From the NCBI GenBank assembly GCA_030390025.1, contig CM059438.1, positions 67,830,001 to 67,894,000 on the forward strand: a stretch of 64,000 bases of DNA, written 5' to 3'. This DNA is from Squalus acanthias. Taxonomy: Eukaryota. The translations under genes were made by a program, and so were the position numbers. The notes below the pieces were generated by a model. That model saw only the letters and a program-made list of their open reading frames with translations. It was not told the DNA's origin and made no database searches. Below, piece by piece: positions 12,206-23,406 of the stretch; position 1 is the stretch's first letter; each line of letters starts with the position of its first letter.

Positions 12206-13387
12206 CATGTAGGAGCTATTTAAACTCTCCCCAGTCGGCAAGGAAGGAGCAGTTAAAATGGAATGGCTCCATGTCCCGCTCTGTTCGTGCAGATTCTGAC
12301 TCCGCTGGTTAATCGGGTTCCATTACGTGACCCAAATGGCATTTTAACCCATTCCATGGTAGGAATGGGAAAAGCTTTTTCAGCTGTGTTAAGAGTCAAA
12401 GGACCATCAAAGACTGTATTGGGCCAATGAAAGATGCTGAAGGCCAGGTTGGAAATGACTCTCAGGTATGGCAGAGACACGAAACGAGGACTTTGCATTG
12501 CTCTTCAACTCTTGAAGACAGCATTAAGTGGTGCTGTTAACAGTAAAATTGTTAATATTAACATAGATTAGGATATTGCCTTGGATCGAACGAGGAACCT
12601 TAAAATAGATTGGGCTACCGGCCCAGGTGATATCCATCCGAGAATTAGGTATTTTTTTTCCCTCAGACTGGAACTATGTTAACATAGTTCAACTTTTTAA
12701 AATGGATGATAAGGCAGCACCGTGGGTAACTTTTGGCCCATTAGTTTGACTTCAGTAATCGATAAGACACTCAAAGGTATCATTAGGGATGTCCTATCTG
12801 ACCACTTGACAGACAAGGCATTATCAGGGACACCCAACACAGTTTCTGGAAAAGAAGGCCGTGTTTTGCAAATTTGATTGAATATTTTGATCAAGTCACC
12901 AGGTTAGTGGATGACCCAATAGACATTATCTACCCAGACTTTCAGAAAGCCTTTGATAAAGTACCTTACAAGAGGCTTCTCTACAAGATATAGACCCTGA
13001 ATTTGTGGTGGGGATGAAGGCGAACTGGCAGCATTCGCCGTCATTCCGCGTTGAAACTGACCGCAACATCGGGATTTGGCGCATGCGGAAATCCTGAAGT
13101 TGTGGTCTGTCATTTACAGCCCCTTCACCCACTGCCACCTCACCCCCGCACAGAGCCGGCAATCAGTGTAATCACCCAAATCAGGGAAACTGACAAAAAC
13201 TTTGGCTCGTCCGCAGTAATTACGCCATTAAATTCCCCACTAAAAGTTAGTCCCAAAGGGATTAGGTGTAACTGGGTTTTAACAGTGCATTGACTGCTAA
13301 ACAAAGGTTTAGGGCCTGAAAAAGTTAAATTTTGTGCAGTATGAAATTTGTCCATTTTCATAAAAAATAATATTTTTAATAAACTTA

Positions 13388-14310
13388 GGCCGCGATTTTG
13401 CCAGCGTTCAGAGAGGGTGGGTTTTCAGGCGGGTCAAAGGTTAAAATCATTTTGATTGACGGCGGGTTGCGATCTCGCCGTCAACCCGCCTCCAAACAGC
13501 TTTCCCAAGTGTCGGGTCCCCGATTTGCAAATGGACCCGACACCTAGCAGCGGGAAGAGGATTAATGGCCGAAATGGCCTCTATCTGCACTGTGGGGATT
13601 CTGTGATTCTGTGATTCTGTAAAGGCAATTACCTGCCTATTAACAGGTAGATGCCAGTAGTTGACGGCCTATTTTTGAATTTTGCCGCTTCTGGCTCGGG
13701 CTTCCTGACGTCCGGACACCACGCCAGGTAAGTGTGGCGTGTTGTGAGTCTGCTGTAATGTTTCTGGATTGATGACAGCTGCAGAACTGGTGTGAAGGAT
13801 CCAATGTTGCACATGGTGACTCTCAGAGGAAAGAAAATGTTGGGAACTGCATTTTTAATACATTTGCACTTTTCTTTAGGTTACAAGTTTTTAAATTCAT
13901 GTCTATTGCCACCTTCTTGGGAGAACCTCTCTCACCAGTGACAGATCGCTTCTGCCACCTCACCTGCAGCTGCCATCTATTCCAGTCTATGGAGGGAGTC
14001 ATTGGAGAGTCTGGGTGCAAGAGGTCACCTTTGTGCAGTGATTGTCAGTGTTTGCTGCACCTCAATGCTGTCAAAGACTGAGAAATCAACTGTCAAAATA
14101 AAATTGTGCGTGGTCCCTTTAAGGAAACCGGCAGATGATGCGTCATCAAATGACGTCATCTGACCGCTTCCTGTTAATTGGCTGGCAAGCCTGCAGGGCG
14201 GGCTTAACAAGGTCAATCAAGGCAAAATCACGTCTGTGGGCCGGATGCAGCTGAAAGCCGGAAACCACCTGACCCGCACCCAACCCCCCTCCATTAATAA
14301 AATAGCGACC
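13388..14310. mobile_element. PIF/Harbinger-type MITE with TTA target duplication
   Basis: TIRs GGCCGCGATTTT / AAAATAGCGACC; exact TTA at 13385-13387 and 14311-14313 (TTA/TAA TSDs are the PIF/Harbinger signature). Confidence 0.8.
13565..13620 (+). mobile_element. Tiny CR1 3' tail inside the Harbinger MITE
   Basis: GGCCGAAATGGCCTC...TCTGCACTGT followed by (GATTCTGT)n, the CR1-type terminal octamer repeat. Confidence 0.6.
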
Positions 14311-16982
14311 TTAAAGTTTGTCCATCTTTATTTCATCTTTGCCTTTTCCCCAGGTGAGAGCCCCAATCTTTGTTTTGCTCTTTCTAATATTTTTAAAAAG
14401 TTAAAATTTTAAGAGCTTACCCACTTCCTTGTTCGCTGTCTGTGAGAATTCTGCGTTTTGATTGGTCGCTTGGACAGCCTGTTGACATCACAACAGCTCA
14501 CAAGGGGATCCCCACTAACCTCCGTTGATTTGAATTGAATGTCGGAACACCCAAAGTTCTCGACACAGAGATCGCGAGATCCTTGTGCAAAGCGTACTTC
14601 AGGGCCAGCAGCGAACGCCTTCGCTTCGCCGCTGACCGCAAATGGAAGGTCAATATCCTGTGGAATTTGTGGTAATCTGCTGCAGTGGATTGAGAAGTGG
14701 CTGAATGCCCATAGGCAGAAAGCTGTTGTCAAATAATTTGGTTCTGTTTGGAGACCGACTACCAGTGGTGTCCTACAGGGATTGGTGTTAGGACCGTTGC
14801 TCTTTACTATTTTCATTCATGACATAGATGTAGGTGTTGGAGGAATGATCCGTAAGTTTGAGGACAATACGAAGTTATGTGCAAGTGGGTAGGATTGTAG
14901 AGGAGGCTCAACTACTGCAAGCGGGTCTCGATGTGTTGGGAGGAATGGGCCCATGTTTGGCAAATTATGATTAACTTAGAAAAGTGTAGTGTTATGCACG
15001 TGGGCAGGTCTAATGCTAAATATATATACACCTTACAGGGAACAGAATTGAATCCAGTGGTGAAAGAAAAAGATCTGGGTGTTATAAAGCATCACTCTAT
15101 AAAAGTTAACCAATGCCACAAAGCCATAGTTGAAGGTTATATTCACAGGACTATTCACTACAAACAAAGCAGACTATTTTGTCCTTGTACAAAACCTTGG
15201 TTAAACCTCAGTTACAATACTGAGTCCAGTTTTGGTCTCCTCACGGGATGGGGGATATTGAGGCTTTGGAAGGAATTTAGAAGAGGGCCACAAGATTCAT
15301 TCCTAGTTTAAAACACATTAGTTACCCAGATAGACTCAAAGAGCTGGGTCTGTATACTTTAGAGAAGCGTAAACTCGGGCTATATGACCGAGGTTTATGA
15401 ATTAATAAAGGGATTAGTTCGCTTTTATGTGGACCAATTATGTCACCTGGATAGGTTAGGGAGGACCAGGGGTCACGATTACAAGGACAAAAGGTTGGAA
15501 GTCAGGTGGTTCTTCTTTTCCCTCTGAAGAAGACCTGCTCCTATTTCTTATGTTCTTATGAAACCATCCCGTTCCTACTGGGTAGGTTAGATTGAAATTA
15601 TCCCCTAAGTGTCTCTTAAAAGCTCTACAATGCCAATAATAGACAACAAAATCAGCATCATTGTCCATTAACTATGCAGAAGCTTGGTAATGGCTGAATG
15701 ATTTATTTTGACTTGAAGTACATAGCCCAGTGTTTGACATTGTCAATGATATGTGTAAATTATTAATAAAGAAGGTAGGTACTTATGTCAGTGAAATGAG
15801 CACCCAGAGACACATGGAGCACAGTCAGAGCATTCACAGAAGAAAAGTGATCTTTTGACTTTGTAGGCTGAATGAGGTGGTATTGTGGTTTCTAATTAAG
15901 AGATTAACACAAAATAATTAAGCTCGGAATGTTTACACTGGAGAAAAGAGGGCTCAAGGGAGGCCTTGTCAAAAGTTTCAGGATTCTAAGGATATAGTTA
16001 AGCTGAACCCAAAAAAATGTTTGACAATGTTACAAATTTTGAAACCCAGGGGCCCAGAATCAAGTTTGGAGGGAGGGCAAGAGAAAGAGCAGTTCAGATT
16101 TAACTTCTTCAGAAAGACAGTGGCGAATGTGCAGAACAGACTGCCCAGGAAAAAAGAGGAAGCTGGGTAGTTTTTTGGGCTATTTAAGAGATGGAGTAGT
16201 GTATAATATTTTCTAATTTTTTTTTGTTGGTTCTTTTCAATGGTTTCCTAGAATCCGTTAGAATATTTTAAAGTGGTTTAAATGGGCAAGTATCCCAGCG
16301 AGCTTTTCTTTAGTATTTTAGTCAGGGAGTGAATCTGGAGTAAAGGGGGGTGGTGCTAGAGGGGAGCTTTTTATCTCTGTGTGAATAAAATGAGCTGAGC
16401 CATGAGAATCAGGCACCGAAATGAAGGGTGCAGCTACTAAGACAACAACATGCCACAGTAACTGATAGCATTGCTAAGGCAGTCAGAACTATGGAGGCCT
16501 TCAAGGCCATAAGTAGATAAAGACTAGCCTATGCATTTCAGAGTACAATGAATAAAGCTTACAAGAACGAGTTGGAGGCCGAAGAGATTAGGATGTTGTG
16601 TAAACACCTCAGCGTGACATCAGCTTGGTGGGATACTGTTATGAGTATGTGTAGCCCAAGGTCACTGAATAGTATAAGGGTAGAAGCTGTTCCCTCCAAA
16701 AGTTAGAGTGCTCTCGTGGACAGTCGGAAGTCCTTTCACCTTGACAGTAGCCCACAAAGGTTACAAGTCCAATCATCTTGGACTTTGTGGAGGAAACCGT
16801 TTGTATTAATTACTTGTCATTTAATGTAATACTGTAGAACAGTTGGAGAAGAACAATACTGTTAATAGTCAATGTATATTAAAACTTGTGGTTTAAAACC
16901 ACTCGGGCCTGAATCACACAGAGAGTATTGTTGCAGGACTAACAATCCCTTGTTGCGACCGTAACCATGGGAAATCCACTAA

Positions 16983-17165
16983 CAGAATCATGGAAACATA
17001 GAATGATACAGCACAGATGAAGGCCTTTCGGCCCATCTTTGAAAGAGCAATTCAATTAGACCCACTCCCTTGCCATTTCTGCATCGCCCTGCAAATTGTT
17101 CCCCTTCAAGTATTTATCCAATTCCCTTTAGAAAGTTAGTATTGAATCTGCTTCCACTACCCTTT
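16983..17165 (-). mobile_element. CR1 3'-tail fragment
   Basis: CAGAATCAT...CATAGAAT...AGGCCTTTCGGCCCATC...TATTTATCCAATTCCCTT is the antisense of a CR1 tail. Confidence 0.6.
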
Positions 17166-17509
17166 CCAATACCATTTTGTTCTGCGTTCACACCTTAAAA
17201 TAACTCTCTCTCTCAAAGCCACTTGAAACTGCACTTTCAAACTGAACATTTTTGCCTCTCCATTTGCCACAATAATTATGCAGCTGTTGATCTGCGCAAT
17301 CACTCCCTCACTTCTACCTTTGAGGCCCCTGTCCCCAGTAAAATGGTTCAGTAAAAAGTTTCTTCCAATGTCTAACTTGCTTCGAGGCTGGTGAATGCTG
17401 TATAATGCATTTCACTACAGCCAGCTGCGATTGTGTGTGATGATGACAGCAATTAGTTCACTAGATGGTAGGAATACCCCCAATGATGTGGATTGGACCA
17501 TACTCTGGC

Positions 17510-17820
17510 AATGCCTTGATTTTAAAATTCTCTTCCTTGTTTTCAAATCCTTCCATGGCCTCGCCCCTCCAGCCCTACAACCCTCGGAGATCTCTGCGCT
17601 CCTCCAATTCTGGTCTCTTGCACAGCTGTGATTTTCATCGCTCCACCATTGGTAGCCTTGCCTTCATCTGCCTAAGCCCCAAGTTGTGGAATTCCCTCCC
17701 TAAACTCCTCTGCCTCTCTACCTCTCTCACCTCCTTTAAGATGCTCCTTAAAACCTATCTCTTTGACCAAGCTTTGGTCACCTGTCCAAATATCTACTTA
17801 TGTGTCTTGTGGTCAAATTC
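17510..17820 (+). mobile_element. L2-clade LINE ORF2 C-terminus, frameshifted
   Basis: FKILFLVFKSFHGLAP / PYNPRRSLRSS / G..AF...SPKLWNSLP / FKMLLKTYLF are characteristic L2 C-terminal motifs. Confidence 0.85.
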
Positions 17821-17822
17821 TG

Positions 17823-18040
17823 ACAACAGCAACAACAACTTGTATTTATATAACACCTTTAACATAGTAAAATGTCCCAACAGGAGTATTATAAGACAAA
17901 AAATTTGACACCAAGCCACTTAAGGATAAATTAGGGCAGGTGACCAAAAGCTTGGTCAAAGAGGTACAACTCTCCTGTGAAGTGCCTTGAGATGTTTTAC
18001 TATGTTAAAGGCGCTATATAAATGCAAGTTATTGTTGTTC
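17823..18040. mobile_element. Inverted and direct L2/SINE 3' tails
   Basis: CAACAACTTGTATTTATATAACACCTTTAAC (antisense tail) and GTTAAAGGCGCTATATAAATGCAAGTTATTGTTG (sense tail); the same tail occurs at 23337-23406. Confidence 0.7.
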
Positions 18041-19071
18041 ACAATGATATAGAGCTGCACCTCTGATGACCCAGTTCCAGGCAGTGTTGTGGATCTTATA
18101 CTTGCAAATGTAATTATATTTGCCCAACACTTACCACTACAGCCGATACTGTCTATGTGACTAACAGAGGCATCTCCCAGCACACAGAACCATCATTTTT
18201 ATGCAGGCAATGCTACCATGAGCTATTGGGATTCACCCCTCCAATCCCCTGGATTGGGCCACACATGGATGCTCTCCACAGCTTAGACATGCACCTCTGT
18301 TGACCGGGTCCCAGGTATCCTTGTTTCCCAACAAACCTTTGGATAGTTCTGCCATTTCAAGCTCCACTATTCACCTTTGAGGTTAATGAAGTGTGTAAAT
18401 AAACCTCAGAAGTATATATTTGCATGCTGAGTCCACTACTGGGCTACTGTTGACTCTAAGATGATGTGTATATCAATCCAAGTTCAGATGAAGTCAGTGC
18501 TCTGTGGCATGTTTGAGTCAGGATCCTAGCAATTCCGCAGTACTCCATGAGTATGCAGTGCTGTATGATTGATGAGCCAGCCAGCCTCACTGTTGGAATC
18601 TGGAGAGATGGGGCCTGTCTTGGATCCTTCCCATTTGGCTGAGGACTATGCAGGCTGAATTCCTAATATGTAGGCTGATCATGGATGAGCAAGCAGAAAG
18701 AAACTCACCTGTGACCAGCATTGGCAAGCTGTGCGGCTTCAGCTGGTTAAGCTCCAACAGTATCCCTGTACACATTTGGAAGCTGTAAGCCTGGCCTCCG
18801 CCAACCTACACCCAGACCTCTTTGGAGTTCGGTTGAGGTCTGCCCTATGGGGGGAAACAATATGTGCACTCCATATTTGCTCAAAGAGAAACCCTAGACA
18901 CGGGTGCAGCTTTCTCAGGAGCTTGAATTGGAGATTCTTGAGTAACTTGGGTTCCTGTATGTTTCAGAAGTTCAGTTGACCAAAAAGCAAATCAATTTAT
19001 TTTCTCTTATGTCCTCTGGTCTTCTGATTATTGGCTAAGTTGAACAGCTTACATGCTTTTCCTCGAAAACC

Positions 19072-19170
19072 CTTCTGACGAAGGGTCATCGACCTGAAAC
19101 ATTAACTCTGTTTCTCTCTCCACAGATGCTGCCTGACCTGCTGAGTATTTCCAGCATTTTCTGTTTTTAT
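19072..19170 (+). mobile_element. Penelope-like element terminal fragment with degenerate minimal hammerhead core
   Basis: CTGACGA-A-GGGTC-ATC-GACCT-GAAAC at 19075-19100, followed by sequence shared with the palindrome at 21510-21660. Confidence 0.65.
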
Positions 19171-20132
19171 TGTTGCTTTTCCTCTTCCTGTCAGGAACTA
19201 TTAGCCTTCGATCAAAAATTGCCCAGCTTGGCATGTATGAGATCAGGAATTCACTGAGAATAACAGACACAGACCCATGCTGTGTGGCAAGGGATTGTTT
19301 GGGATTCTGTTCCAGGGTGAAACAGCATTGAATAACCTTGCTATACATTAACAGTATCATTTGGGCAATGTATATGTGTGTCATTAAAGAGCTATAAACA
19401 GGAGCTCAATTGGTTTTGAAGATATCATCTGGATGAGTCAAAAAATGGTTCCTCAGGATACATTTGTCTCAGAGGCCTACTTGTGCTACTTACCTTTCGA
19501 TGTTTGAAGTAGGAAAAGCAGCTAGATCACAAATACATGCCGATACCAGCCTTGCCTACTTATTATGATTTCAGTTTATTCACTTGAGAGCAATAATCCA
19601 AATCAGCTTGAAAACTTTTCAGTGTTTCACTAAAACATATTGCAGCCTTAAGGTCAACATTTCCTCCACACAAGGATTTCACAAGATGATGTCTAATTTG
19701 ATTGCTGTGCTATGGCGATGAGAATGACAGGACCCTTAATTAAAGTTTTTAAGGTTGATCAGAGAAAGGAAAGTTGACCTTTTCAAACTGTGCATATTCA
19801 TTCAGCGCAGACAGAGGAGGCGAGATTAGCAAAATAACCATGTGTTAATATGCTGTGAAAATGTTACGACACCGAGCCTCCTGTTTTGTCTTCGGAATGT
19901 AGGTTTAAGCTGTCAAGAAATAAAATCTCCTCAACAGACCTCATTAAGCTTACAGGATAAAATCTGCATTGTTTCTGGGCAAGTGTAGCTTCAATGGAAT
20001 GGATCTGTTGCAGACACACAAAGAAAGACTGCATCAGTCTACCTTTTGTTGGGGAAAAACTATACATAACTACATGGGTACGACGCAGTAAGACTGTGTG
20101 ATGTGCTTTCCTTTTTATATTCTTGTAATGGC

Positions 20133-20232
20133 ACATTACAACAGTGACTACACTTCAAAAGTACTTCATTGGCTGTAAAGTGCTTTGGAATATCCTGGGG
20201 TTGTGAAAGGTGCTATATAAATCCAAGTCTTA
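20133..20232 (+). mobile_element. SINE/L2-type 3' end
   Basis: ATTACAACAGTGACTACACTTCAAAAGTACTTCATTGGCTGTAAAGTGCTTTGG...AAAGGTGCTATATAAAT resembles Deu-SINE/L2-shared tails (from recall) and the other tails in this window. Confidence 0.55.
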
Positions 20233-20349
20233 CTTTATTTACTCCAAGGCTGATTGTAGCCTTTCAGTGCCGTGCACAAGAATGCCACAGATGTGTGCAT
20301 GTGAACTGTTCCACACTGCCGCCGCGTGTTGAAAGCTCCTGGGCAAGTC

Positions 20350-20596
20350 CGCCAATGATATCAGCAATCTCTCGTGCTCTGCCTCTTTTAAAGGCTGGTC
20401 CTCGGAGATCAGAATCCCTTTCCTCCGCCCTCCACCTAGATGCTTCCTGCTTCACACGAACACCTCCATTTGCTCTTGCTCACTTCTCCTCGACTAATCC
20501 CCCACTGTGCTGCCCTTGAACTGACCCTCTGAATGCACCACCCGCACCCACCCAACCTCGTCCATGCTGGATGGATCTACGCGGGTGCTGGTGAGA
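20350..20596 (+). promoter_or_regulatory. Candidate promoter and first exon in unique DNA
   Basis: CCAAT at 20352, TTTTAAA near 20386, GC box CCGCCC at 20425, ATG at 20564 (MLDGSTRVL), then donor CTG|GTGAGA at 20590/20591. Motif evidence only. Confidence 0.3.
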
Positions 20597-21062
20597 GTGA
20601 GATTGAAAATTACATTTCATGAGATTACTGTAGAGATTAGTGTAAATCCATTGACATCGGATGCAGAGGTTTGTTATTGATCATAATGGGTCTGATTGCG
20701 TCTTGCTTATGAATGGAGTTCCTCAGGATCCATTACTGTTCATCATTTTTACATCGTTCTTATCTGTTCTGGTTGATTTCCCATTACTAGATCCAACAGT
20801 GCTCCTTCTCTTATATACAAACAGAAAATGCTATAAATGCTCCCTCTCTTATTAGGCTTTTGACATACTGGGTAAGAAAGCAGTCCTGCACACATTGTAA
20901 AAATTCCATTCCCTGTACCCCTTTAGCTACCTTGTCTTGCCAGTTTATTTGGGCGCAGTTAAGATCTCCCATGATTATTATTCTATGTACTTTTTTTATT
21001 TCGCATATTTCTTCCTCCATCTCCTTTCTACTATTAGGTGGTATGTAGTATAACCTATTACT

Positions 21063-21255
21063 GTTTTTTTTTATTCGTTCCTGGGATGTGGGCATTGCTG
21101 GCATAGCCAGCATTTATTGCCCATTCCTAATTGCCCTCGAGAAGGTGGTGGTGAGCCGCCTTCTTGAACTGCTGCAGTCCGTGTGGTGAAGGTACTCCCA
21201 TCGTGCTGTTAGGGAGTGCCAGGATTTTGACCTAGCGACGTGAAGGAATGGTGAT
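21063..21255 (-). mobile_element. 3' end of a different LINE inserted in the CR1
   Basis: Minus strand GLQQFKKAAHHHLLEGN*, then AATAAA and a terminal A-run; a 5'-truncated retroposon. Confidence 0.7.
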
Positions 21256-21469
21256 CAATCCCTTCTTGTCTTTTATTTTAATCCATATGGATTCTGTTTC
21301 TAACCTTTTAGTTATGTCCATTTTTTCTACTGCCATTATGTTATCTCTAATTAGTACAGCTATCACACGCTGCACCCCCCCCACCCCCACCCCACCATCC
21401 TTCCTTCCCTATCCTTTCTGACTATGTTATAACCTGCATTATTTAGTTGCCAGTCCTGTTCTTTATGTA

Positions 21470-21660
21470 CAAAAGCAAAATACTGCAGATGCTGGAAATC
21501 TGAAATAAAAACAGAAAATGCTGGAAATACTCAGCAGGTCAGGCAGCATCTGTGGAGAGAGAAACAGAGTTAATGTTTCGTCATCGACCTGAAATGTTAA
21601 CTCTGTTTCTCTCTCTACAGATGCTGCCTGACCTGCTGAGTATTTCCAGCATTTTCTGTT
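21470..21660. mobile_element. Penelope-derived foldback insertion with 14-bp TSD
   Basis: About 70-bp inverted arms (21510-21579 / 21591-21660); CTGTTCTTTATGTA is duplicated at 21456-21469 and 21656-21669. Confidence 0.75.
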
Positions 21661-22333
21661 CTTTATGTAGCCATGTTTCAGTTATTCCGACTACATCTGG
21701 TTCCTCGCTACGGATTATTGCCTCCAGTTCACCCATTTCATTTTGAATGCAGTGTACATTGCTGTACAGGCAGTTTAATTCGTCTATAATAGTTGTTCCT
21801 TTTACTTGATGTTTTATAACTTCTGTTTTATAACTCTATTTGTTCCCTGACCATTTGTTACCCTTGTTCCTTATCTTGGTCTGACCTTTACTCTCAGCTC
21901 CTGTTTCTTTTATCTTCAGACTTATGTTATTTTCACCAGATCCCCCTTCCCACGCCCACACCGCCCCCCCCCCCCGCCCCCCGCCCCTGTCTTACTAGTT
22001 TAAAGTCTTCCCACAACACTCTTTCAGCCACCATTCACATTCCTGATCTGCCAATCAGCACATGGCTCGGGAGGTAATCCCAAGATTACCACCTGTGGGT
22101 TCCTGTTTTTTTAATTTGGTTGCTTAATTTCTGATCTTCCCTTAGCAGGACCTCCTCCCTTTTCTCTATGTCATTGGTTCCAACATGGACCGCGACAACT
22201 GGATCTTCCCCCCTCCCTTTCCAAATTCCTCTCCAGTTGCTCTGAGATATCCTTAACCTTTGCACCAGGTAGGCAACACACTCCCTACTGTACTCTCGGT
22301 CGTGACTGCAGAGGGCGCTATCTATCTGAAAAT

Positions 22334-23327
22334 TGTAATGAAACCGCTGCTACCGTGTGGAGACTGAAATTGCGAACGAATTGCGAAATGGTTACAGACG
22401 GATTCAAAATGTAGGAAATCAGCATGTGTTCTTTGTTTGTGAAGAGACAAAATGGCAGAAGTCAGCAGGGGGTCCTTTGCCTGGTGGTCAGCAGGGGGTC
22501 CTTTGCCTGGTGGTCAGCAGGGGTCCTTTGCCTGGTGGTCAGCAGGGGGTCCTTTGCCTGGTGGTCAGCAGGGGGTCCTTTGCCTGGTGGTCAGCAGGGG
22601 TCCTTTGCCTGGTGGTCAGCAGGGGTCCTTTGCCTGGTGGTCAGCAGGGGTCCTTTGCCTGGTGGTCAGCAGGGGGTCCTTTGTTTGAGAGGCCACATGG
22701 ACACGAAGGAAGAACATGATTGACAAGGAAGTCCCGCCCCCATACATCTCACAGGAACAGGAACGTGTCATGCGGAAGGAACTCCAATCAGGAAAGATTT
22801 GGAGTGAAACTGACCTATCAGAGGGAGGTGGACAGTTATTTACGATGGAGGCCGGCAGAAGAGGCCTTATAACAGAAATAACCCAGAGCGGGAGATTCAA
22901 GATTCAGAAGGAACACCGAAGGAACCCAGAGGGATTCAGAAGAAGCCCAGAAGACAGAGCAGGAGGAAGAATGAGCTGAGAAGCTGGCCAGTCTATGTTT
23001 CGACTTACAATTTCCCTGGACCGATCACCTAGAGATAAAGGAGTATGTATGAAAGTCGGACATAAGCTTAGATGTTGTTAAAGGGGTACTTTTATGTACG
23101 TTTAAGTTGTTAAGGGGGTACATTCATGTATGTTTGAATTAATAAGTTGCAGGCATATTCATTGCCGAGAATTCTTTGAATTTATTGCCGAAGGTGCTTC
23201 TATGCACACTCGAATTTTGAACTATAGTGTGAATAAAGACGAATTTTATTGATCACATCCTTGTCTGTCATTGTTAAGCTAATTCATAATTCTCGAGGTC
23301 TGACCAGTAGTAAGAGAAAGACTTACA
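22334..23327 (+). mobile_element. Solo LTR (~994 bp)
   Basis: TGTAA...TTACA inverted termini; flanks AAAT/AAT(A); tandem repeats in the putative U3; TTATAA near 22867; AATAAA near 23232. Confidence 0.72.
22461..22683 (+). repeat. 25/26-bp tandem repeat (about 8.7 copies) inside the LTR
   Basis: Unit GTCAGCAGGGG(G)TCCTTTGCCTGGTG; full copies differ only in G-run length. Confidence 0.95.
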
Positions 23328-23336
23328 AATACTCTT

Positions 23337-23406
23337 GTGAAGCGCCTTGGGACGTTTCACTACCTTAAAGGTGCTATATAAATACAAGTTGTTGTTGTTG
23401 TTGTTG
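23337..23406 (+). mobile_element. L2/SINE 3' tail with (GTT)n
   Basis: GTGAAGCGCCTTGGGACGTTTCACTACCTTAAAGGTGCTATATAAATACAAGTTGTTGTTG... Confidence 0.7.

Larger units (their letters stand above)
12993..14651 (+). mobile_element. MITE family B inserted into CR1 and itself interrupted at 13388-14310
   Basis: TIR GACCCTGAATTTGTGGT versus reverse complement of the end GACCTTCCATTTGCGGT; body matches the 10510-11313 copy. Confidence 0.78.
12610..15520 (+). mobile_element. Decayed CR1 RT copy (12610-12992 and 14652-15520), split by nested MITEs
   Basis: GPGDIHPR and DFQKAFDKVPYKRLLYKI end at 12990; the frame resumes after 14651 with SCGICGNLLQWIEKWL...SGVLQGLVLGPLLF.IFI.D. Confidence 0.85.
20830..22326 (-). 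mobile_element. CR1 5' region: ORF1 SGNH-esterase and ORF2 APE endonuclease, decayed, with internal insertions
   Basis: Minus strand at ~22160-22280 reads CCLPGAKVKDISEQLERNL...DPVVAVHVGTNDI (esterase, frameshifted); 20860-21000 reads IIMGDLN..INW...EFLQCVQDCFLTQYV (APE endonuclease). Confidence 0.85.

Noticed and set aside
22357..22723. ORFs with GPLPGGQQG / VLCLVVSRG repeats
   Set aside because: Artefact of the 25/26-bp tandem repeat in the LTR.
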